Assembly (NCBI GenBank): GCA_964500865.1
Contig: CAZCQJ010000003.1
Location: 33,812 to 73,328 of the forward strand
Direction of reading: 5' to 3'
Length of the DNA: 39,517 nucleotides
Source: an uncultured Bdellovibrionales bacterium
Lineage (GTDB): Bacteria; Patescibacteriota; Minisyncoccia; Moranbacterales; UBA1568
Made by a program: the position numbers and the translations under genes. Positions 6,629 to 12,325 of the stretch are shown here, piece by piece. Position 1 is the first letter of the stretch. Each line of letters begins with the position of its first letter. Under the pieces are notes generated by a model. The model searched no databases, was not told where the DNA came from, and was given only the letters and a program-made list of their open reading frames with translations.

Positions 6629-6985
6629 ATGCTACACTGGGATATTTACGAAATTACCTCTGAGAAACATTCTCTAAACGGGGTCATGCTCCGTGGACGT
6701 TTGCGTAAATTTTCCGAAGAACATTCACTTGATTTTTTAGTAGAAAATACTGAGGATAAACCAAATGGCGTCCGCTTTGCGGTACTTGCCGGCCAAGACT
6801 CCACTATTCTTATAGGATACCTTACGAGTATCATTCCTGACGCTGCAGTTACCTTGGTTTTACAAAGCGCTACCAATCCAGTTTTATCGAAACTCAAAGT
6901 AAACCAAGCAGACCGCTATATCCTTCAGAACTATGTCTCCTCAAGAAATATCTTATCCTATTATTGGAATGAGTCCGGGAAATAG
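6629..6985 (+). CDS. Hypothetical protein (weak acylphosphatase-like pattern), overlaps the CDPS start by 53 nt
   Basis: 118-aa ORF starting 10 nt after tRNA-Leu. GVMLRGRLRKFSEEHSLDFLVENTEDKPNGVRF loosely resembles acylphosphatase 'G.VQGV.FR......lgl.G.V.N..dG.V'. Confidence 0.35.
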   Translation: MLHWDIYEITSEKHSLNGVMLRGRLRKFSEEHSLDFLVENTEDKPNGVRFAVLAGQDSTILIGYLTSIIPDAAVTLVLQSATNPVLSKLKVNQADRYILQNYVSSRNILSYYWNESGK

Positions 6986-7571
6986 CTACTTCAAAAAAGA
7001 AACGGTTGTTTTCCTTTTGGAAAAAGTTACTAAAGACTTTGGAAGGGCTAGCGTGCTTATTCCTGATATTCCCGCTATTACTACCTATGTAGCTCTCGGT
7101 TACAGTGAGAGTCGCGCTCGAAAAGACAAAGCCATCCCTAAAGGAAATGCTCTCCGTAATAAAGTAAGCGCGGCCATGCAGGAAAATGCATTAGATGACG
7201 ACCTCGTACGCATTTTTGACTGGGCATCAGAAATTGAACCGAATATACTCTACCAAGAAAAACTCGCCTCTATTAAAAAGCTTTACTCGGAGAACAACTC
7301 ATTTCAAGAAGCTATTCGTTCTGCCACCGAAGAAGTTCTTCTGAGTTCTAAAAAACATATTGATAACCTAGAGAAGGCCGTAAGTATTGCTACACACTAC
7401 ATTCTTTCTGAATTTGCCTGCTTAGAGTTCTTGCCGAAGTATCTCGGCGTTGAAAAGGTAGTTTATATATATCACAAATCCTGGCTCGTATACGAAGATT
7501 ACATTGCTGGAAAATTTGATGGTGTTCCTAAAAATCATCTAGCATTCCTGATTATCAAGAAAGTAAGCTAA
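6933..7571 (+). CDS. tRNA-dependent cyclodipeptide synthase (CDPS), NYH-type
   Basis: IIGMSPGNSYF matches AlbC IGISAGNSYF (catalytic Ser, Asn). HYILSEFACLEF matches NYVLAEAPLF (Tyr, Glu). VYIYHKS matches LCYHID (Tyr-His). The size of 212 aa is typical. Confidence 0.8.
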   Translation: MSPQEISYPIIGMSPGNSYFKKETVVFLLEKVTKDFGRASVLIPDIPAITTYVALGYSESRARKDKAIPKGNALRNKVSAAMQENALDDDLVRIFDWASEIEPNILYQEKLASIKKLYSENNSFQEAIRSATEEVLLSSKKHIDNLEKAVSIATHYILSEFACLEFLPKYLGVEKVVYIYHKSWLVYEDYIAGKFDGVPKNHLAFLIIKKVS

Positions 7572-7590
7572 GACTACCTGACTGCTCTCG

Positions 7591-8367
7591 CTAAAAATAC
7601 TTTTCGATTTTCTGTAAGGCCGTGCTGGCCTTTTTTTGTGAGCGAATAATTTTGAGTGCGAATCGCCCTCTTTGGCTTGGTAGCTGCGGATCAATATTTT
7701 GGCTCGTCAGATTCTCAACGAGCGTTTCGTTTACTTTTTTGTCTAATGAAGCCTCAAAGATCCAGTCCCGCAGTATATTCTTGTACTCCCACTCCTCCTG
7801 GTGCAAAGGATTTTTATCAAACAAAATCTCGTACCCAGAGGCGATATGCTTTTTCCCCTCGGTTTTGTCGATGGCCAAGGGGTGCGTAATAACCATACGC
7901 TGAACCCGCTTTTGTTTACCTACCCACAGAGCATCTGTTTGGGGGCGGAACAAGTTAAACCAGTCATGCGGAATCACAGAATAGACTGGGTATTCCGATG
8001 GAATACTTTTTTCTAAGTACAAAAAGCTTTCGGTCCAGTAGAGGTCGAGTTCCTGAAGGGTCCGAAACCGAAGCGTGAGCGACTCTCCTTCGCGGAGCGT
8101 CGTAAAACTGTAGGGCCGAGAAAGCGCGCCATAGACATTCGACAGTGCATTTACCCGGGCCACTTCGCTTTCGATAAACACCAAAGAAAGCTTTACTTGG
8201 CCTGCTTTTTCCAAAAGCACATCCTGACTCATAAGCTTACGGAGTGCCCTGTATACTGCCTGAAGAGAAGCTCCGGAGTGCTCTTGTGCTTCTTTGAGTA
8301 AAACCTCCTTTGCTACCGGCCCCGCTGCGAGGATTTCGAGAATAACTGATTCTGTTTGCTTCTTCAT
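7591..8367 (-). CDS. Winged-HTH domain protein, unknown C-terminal domain
   Basis: The N-terminus ILEILAAGPVAKEVLLKEAQEHSGASLQAVYRALRKLMSQDVL is MarR/ArsR-like wHTH. The remainder has no motif I recognise. Confidence 0.55.
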   Translation of the reverse strand: MKKQTESVILEILAAGPVAKEVLLKEAQEHSGASLQAVYRALRKLMSQDVLLEKAGQVKLSLVFIESEVARVNALSNVYGALSRPYSFTTLREGESLTLRFRTLQELDLYWTESFLYLEKSIPSEYPVYSVIPHDWFNLFRPQTDALWVGKQKRVQRMVITHPLAIDKTEGKKHIASGYEILFDKNPLHQEEWEYKNILRDWIFEASLDKKVNETLVENLTSQNIDPQLPSQRGRFALKIIRSQKKASTALQKIEKYF

Positions 8368-8419
8368 ATTAAACTTATAGTTTAAATATATACTTAATTA
8401 AAGCACTTATATTTATCTT

Positions 8420-8722
8420 ATGTCAATACAATGGTATTCTTTACTGTTCACAAAGGTGAACAAGGGTGAGAAGCTCTTTAACAATAGGAGAATAATCATG
8501 TGTGGCGTGTTTCGTATGAACAGAGAACCCCTCCCGTGGCTCGGCTGGAAAAAGGAGGTTAAGAACTCCCTTCAGGCTCTGGTACTGACCCTGGTATTCA
8601 TGTCCCCGCTTGGCTATGCCATACGGGACGCATACCAGGAAGACCTACACAACCTGGAGCAACACCTCCAACACCATCCGCAGCGGCCCTGCGGAATGCA
8701 GCACCTACATCGGATTCGATAG
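8420..8722 (+). CDS. Doubtful ORF over a G+C-rich patch
   Basis: Only the ORF track supports it. No recognisable motif. Composition is atypical for the window. Confidence 0.2.
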   Translation: MSIQWYSLLFTKVNKGEKLFNNRRIIMCGVFRMNREPLPWLGWKKEVKNSLQALVLTLVFMSPLGYAIRDAYQEDLHNLEQHLQHHPQRPCGMQHLHRIR

Positions 8723-8779
8723 GTGCACCCTGGGGCGGTATCAATACCTACTGCCCCATCTTTTTGAAAGGAAGTTGTT

Positions 8780-9109
8780 ATGACCGAAGAAGAAAAACAA
8801 GCAGTGATTCGCGAATATCAACATAAGCAACTCATTAATAGCTTACAACAAGGAGTAAGTCAATGTGTTCTCTATAGCGCACTCCTTTTTATTTTAGGAG
8901 TTTTAATGATCATAGTGCTTATTGGTTTGGATATCACTCACACTAAAATCGGGCCCCTAGAAAAAGAGGTTTCACCAGAGACGTATGTGGCATGTCTGAT
9001 CCCCCTTGGAGGGTCATTGTTATTTTATATCCTGATGATTTTGGAAAAGCATATCGTTCGTATCAACGTGAAAACTCCGGAGAAAGAAGATGGAAGTGAA
9101 GTATGGTGA
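8780..9109 (+). CDS. Small two-TM membrane protein, hypothetical
   Basis: Two hydrophobic helices: VLYSALLFILGVLMIIVLIGL and ACLIPLGGSLLFYILMIL. Confidence 0.5.
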   Translation: MTEEEKQAVIREYQHKQLINSLQQGVSQCVLYSALLFILGVLMIIVLIGLDITHTKIGPLEKEVSPETYVACLIPLGGSLLFYILMILEKHIVRINVKTPEKEDGSEVW

Positions 9110-9617
9110 AAATGGGAAAGTTATTGCCCGAGTATGGAAGAAAAGTGATCCCGATTGGATGGGAGGAAACGGTAAAAGAATTGCCCTTCTCCACTTACTC
9201 ATCGTGATTACACTGTCCCTAGGAGCAGCCATTGGACTGGCAGGATACTCAAAATCTAAGAGCCAGAAGGTGCTAGTGAAACTTCCGCGACCAGTACTGG
9301 TGACTGAGGTGGTTCATTCACGGGAAGTTGTACCTACAAGATATAAAACAATCCCCTCTCCGAACCCAAGAACCTGGGATATTGTTGATCCAACGAAACC
9401 AAAGGTTCCAGCAAGATTCTTTATCAAGACAGAACTCATGGTTGATGGGGTATCATGTTACGATAGAGTGATTTTGTATATATGTCCACAACGAACAGCC
9501 TTCAGTTCTCGCTTTAAAGAAAGAGAAGTGACTGCTGATAGAATCAGGATGTATCCAGTGGGAAGTATCTATGAACAGCGCTATCTAACGGAAGTGTGGG
9601 TGCCACAAAATAAATAA
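9090..9617 (+). CDS. Single-TM anchored hypothetical protein
   Basis: TM helix IALLHLLIVITLSLGAAIGLAGY. Overlaps the upstream ORF by 20 nt, suggesting an operon. Confidence 0.5.
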   Translation: MEVKYGENGKVIARVWKKSDPDWMGGNGKRIALLHLLIVITLSLGAAIGLAGYSKSKSQKVLVKLPRPVLVTEVVHSREVVPTRYKTIPSPNPRTWDIVDPTKPKVPARFFIKTELMVDGVSCYDRVILYICPQRTAFSSRFKEREVTADRIRMYPVGSIYEQRYLTEVWVPQNK

Positions 9618-9628
9618 GGGGGTCCCGA

Positions 9629-9660
9629 GAGGGTGGCAAAAATGCTACCCTCTTTTTTCT
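9629..9660. terminator. Bidirectional terminator between convergent genes
   Basis: 10-bp stem AGAGGGTGGC/GCTACCCTCT, then a T-run. Confidence 0.6.
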
Positions 9661-10226
9661 TACTTCAGTAACTTTTGAATTTTAGCAAAGTCTTCTACAA
9701 GAACAGTACGCATGCTGCCGTTGTACAGCGCTGCGGCTGGGTGATAGAGAGCAAAAAATGTTTGCTCACTCATACCAGGAATATCCGCCTTAAATACCTG
9801 TCCATGAGCTTCGCTTATTTTTACTCCCGGGAAAAAATGATTGAGTGAATACCGCCCAAGCGTCACAATCACCTGCGGCTGAATAAACGTGAGCTCGGCA
9901 TGGAGCCACTCCTCACAAGCTGCAATTTCTACTGGCGAGGGATCGCGATTTTCTGGCGGTCTATATTTGACGATATTTGTAATATAAATATCGTCGCGCT
10001 TTAAATTAACTCGAGCAAGCATTTCATTCAAAAACTTTCCAGACGCACCGATGAACGGCTCCCCTGCTTTGTCTTCGTTCTTGCCGGGTGCCTCACCAAT
10101 AAAAACTATTTTTGCACTCGCACTCCCCTTGCCATACACTGCTTGCGTCGCGGTTTCCTTAAGAGCGCAGGTATTGGTATTTGCGTAGTGACTATGGAGT
10201 TCTGCGAGAGAAGTAAATCTCTTCAT
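9660..10226 (-). CDS. Uracil-DNA glycosylase, family 4
   Basis: FIGEAPGKNEDKAGEPFIGASGKFLNEML and the HPAA motif region. ATG at 10226 preferred over the track's TTG at 10262. Confidence 0.85.
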   Translation of the reverse strand: MKRFTSLAELHSHYANTNTCALKETATQAVYGKGSASAKIVFIGEAPGKNEDKAGEPFIGASGKFLNEMLARVNLKRDDIYITNIVKYRPPENRDPSPVEIAACEEWLHAELTFIQPQVIVTLGRYSLNHFFPGVKISEAHGQVFKADIPGMSEQTFFALYHPAAALYNGSMRTVLVEDFAKIQKLLK

Positions 10227-10298
10227 AAAACTTTTGAAGATATTTTTGTTTAAAACGCACAAAATGATTATTAAAAAATCATTTTGTTAAACCAATGA

Positions 10299-11258
10299 CT
10301 ACATTATTAAAAAGGTCTCCCCTGTTTCTACGATTTTTCCAGAGATCTCAAAGCCACTGGCGAGCTTGTGGCCGCCGCCGCCAAACTGGTGTGCCAAAGC
10401 AGAAACATCCATACCACTGTGCTTCATAGCGCGGAGGTTAGCGCGAATAAGCCCAGGCTCGCGTTCCGAAAGCACCATAGCATAACGAATATTCGGCACG
10501 GTACACAGCACGTTTGCGAGTTCGTAAATATCATCTGGGTGCGCCTCACACTCCATGATTTCTTCGTGTGTAATAGCAGTGACGAGCATTGCCTCTTTCT
10601 CTACGTACTTCACTTTATCGAAAGCCTTCCCCCACAAACGCATAGCTGGTAACCCCTGCTGTGTAAAGAGTGTCTTCGAAATTTTTCCGAGTGGCGCGCC
10701 AAGCTTCATAAGCTCCGAAGCGATCTGCATAATTTGTGGACTCACACTAGCATGCTGAAATCCACCAGTATCAAAAAGGATACCGGTCAAAAGAGCGGTC
10801 GCCATTTTTTTTGAAACAGCAATCTTTTGGTGACCAAAAAAGAGATGGAGGATTTCGCAGGTAGAAGAATATTCAGCATCGATGAGTACGATGTCCCCTG
10901 TGAGCGTAATGTCTGGGTGATGATCCACCAGCACAATCACTTGGTCTTCGTGAAATTTATCGCGTAGTAAATGGAAGCCACGATCAACACTGTCACCAGC
11001 AATCACCACGTCGTATGAACCTAGATCGAGCGTATCTGGGTGCACAAATTTTCCAGGGATAAGTTTTTGCAAATGCTCTGGGTAGTCGTTCCAACAAGCA
11101 ACGTCCACTGTTTTCCCGATGGACTCGAGGTAAAAATACAGCGCCATGTTTGCCCCTACGGTGTCTGGGTCTGGTCGGTTATGGGCGAACAAAAGAATCT
11201 TCTCTGCTCGAGCGATGACATAGGCTAAAGTTTTGAATTCTTTTGTAAAGCTCTGCAT
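10299..11258 (-). CDS. DHH/DHHA1 phosphoesterase (NrnA-like oligoribonuclease/pAp phosphatase)
   Basis: HNRPDPDTVGA, GDSVD, VDHHPD and GGGH motifs. Confidence 0.85.
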   Translation of the reverse strand: MQSFTKEFKTLAYVIARAEKILLFAHNRPDPDTVGANMALYFYLESIGKTVDVACWNDYPEHLQKLIPGKFVHPDTLDLGSYDVVIAGDSVDRGFHLLRDKFHEDQVIVLVDHHPDITLTGDIVLIDAEYSSTCEILHLFFGHQKIAVSKKMATALLTGILFDTGGFQHASVSPQIMQIASELMKLGAPLGKISKTLFTQQGLPAMRLWGKAFDKVKYVEKEAMLVTAITHEEIMECEAHPDDIYELANVLCTVPNIRYAMVLSEREPGLIRANLRAMKHSGMDVSALAHQFGGGGHKLASGFEISGKIVETGETFLIM

Positions 11259-11265
11259 ACATTTT

Positions 11266-11601
11266 TTAGAAATCTTCCCGCAGGAGAATTTTCTCTACTT
11301 CGTCGGCGCGGCCCTCGGTGTCGTCCAAAGCAAAACGTAGACGTGGCATAGGGTTCATGTACAGGCGTGAGTGAACACTGTGCTGAATTTTCCCAGCCTC
11401 GTTCTTAAGAGCTGTCATCACATAACGGCTTTCTGTTTCCGGAAAAACACTCACCGCGATACGAGCATGGCGTAAATCTTTAGAAGTTACTACCTTAGCA
11501 ATGGTAATCACTACACCTTTTTTTAAAGAAAGTTCGGTCGTAAAAGCGCTCGCAACGAGGTCGCGGAGCAGGTCATTTACTTTTGTGATGCGTTCAGACA
11601 T
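11266..11601 (-). CDS. rbfA: Ribosome-binding factor A
   Basis: MSERITKVNDLLRDLVA.....ITIAKVVTSKDLRHARIAVSV......L......IQH.V.SRL.M...P.L.F..D is canonical RbfA. Start set to the ATG at 11601. Confidence 0.9.
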   Translation of the reverse strand: MSERITKVNDLLRDLVASAFTTELSLKKGVVITIAKVVTSKDLRHARIAVSVFPETESRYVMTALKNEAGKIQHSVHSRLYMNPMPRLRFALDDTEGRADEVEKILLREDF

Positions 11602-11733
11602 AGTGTTATTCTTAAGAGCAGGAGAAGAGTTAGAATAACAGAAGAATCGTTTTTTGGCAAGGGTCTCGCTAGTATTCCGAGAGAATGACCAGTCACTCAA
11701 AGACTACCGTGCGCACTCTACGAGGAATTCCTG

Positions 11734-11805
11734 TCTCCCTGGCAGGAGTCGAACCTACATCTAGACGTTAGGAGTGTCTTGTTCTATCCATTGAACTACG
11801 GGGAG
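11734..11805 (-). tRNA. tRNA-Arg(CCU)
   Basis: Reverse complement folds: D-arm GTTC/GAAC, loop CTCCTAA, T-arm GTAGG-TTCGACT-CCTGC. One C-A acceptor mismatch and one A-C anticodon-stem mismatch. Confidence 0.7.
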
Positions 11806-11886
11806 ATTGTATCTAAGAAGGCTTTTTGTGTACAAACCCTGTATAAACGCTGATTTTCTGTCTTATACAGGAGTTTTCCACAACTG

Positions 11887-11959
11887 TGGACCCTAGCGGA
11901 CTCGAACCGCTCACCTCTCCCATGCCATGGGAGCGCTCTACCAGATGAGCTAAGGGCCC
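11887..11959 (-). tRNA. tRNA-Ala(GGC)
   Basis: Reverse complement GGGCCCTTAGCTCATCTGGTAGAGCGCTCCCATGGCATGGGAGAGGTGAGCGGTTCGAGTCCGCTAGGGTCCA. G3-U70 identity pair, loop ATGGCAT. Confidence 0.9.
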
Positions 11960-12175
11960 TTATAGAAAGGGTTTTACTTTATTTTTTAAGGCTATACCCA
12001 TTATCTGCGCTCCCATTACTTTTATTGCGAGTGCTCGTCAGATAGCTGGGGCCCTTTTAAAAGGATCTTACTTTATTTTTGTTCTTGCGACACTTATTGG
12101 CCCTCCCCGCATTCCTCTTGCGAGCATCTACTCGGATGACGAAGGCCCTTATGTAAAGGATTTTACTACTTTTTC
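11960..12175 (-). repeat. Two degenerate tandem copies (period about 93-95 nt) of tRNA-Ala plus its leader, upstream of the functional gene
   Basis: GGCCCTT(a/t)T..AAAGG.T(t/c)TTACT..TTTTT occurs at 11953-11987, 12048-12080 and 12141-12175. Copy B retains GGGCCCcAGCTaTCTG..GAGC......GGGAG but has no T-arm. Confidence 0.75.
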
Positions 12176-12325
12176 AGTGTTATACACCGATTTACACACT
12201 TTTTTTGTTCTCGTTGCCTATATTTTTGTGCAACCCAGAAACATATTCTCTAAACAACGCTTCTGTAAGCGCCACTGTATTGTATCAGATATTCCCAAAA
12301 AACGGTATACTATACACAGATACCT

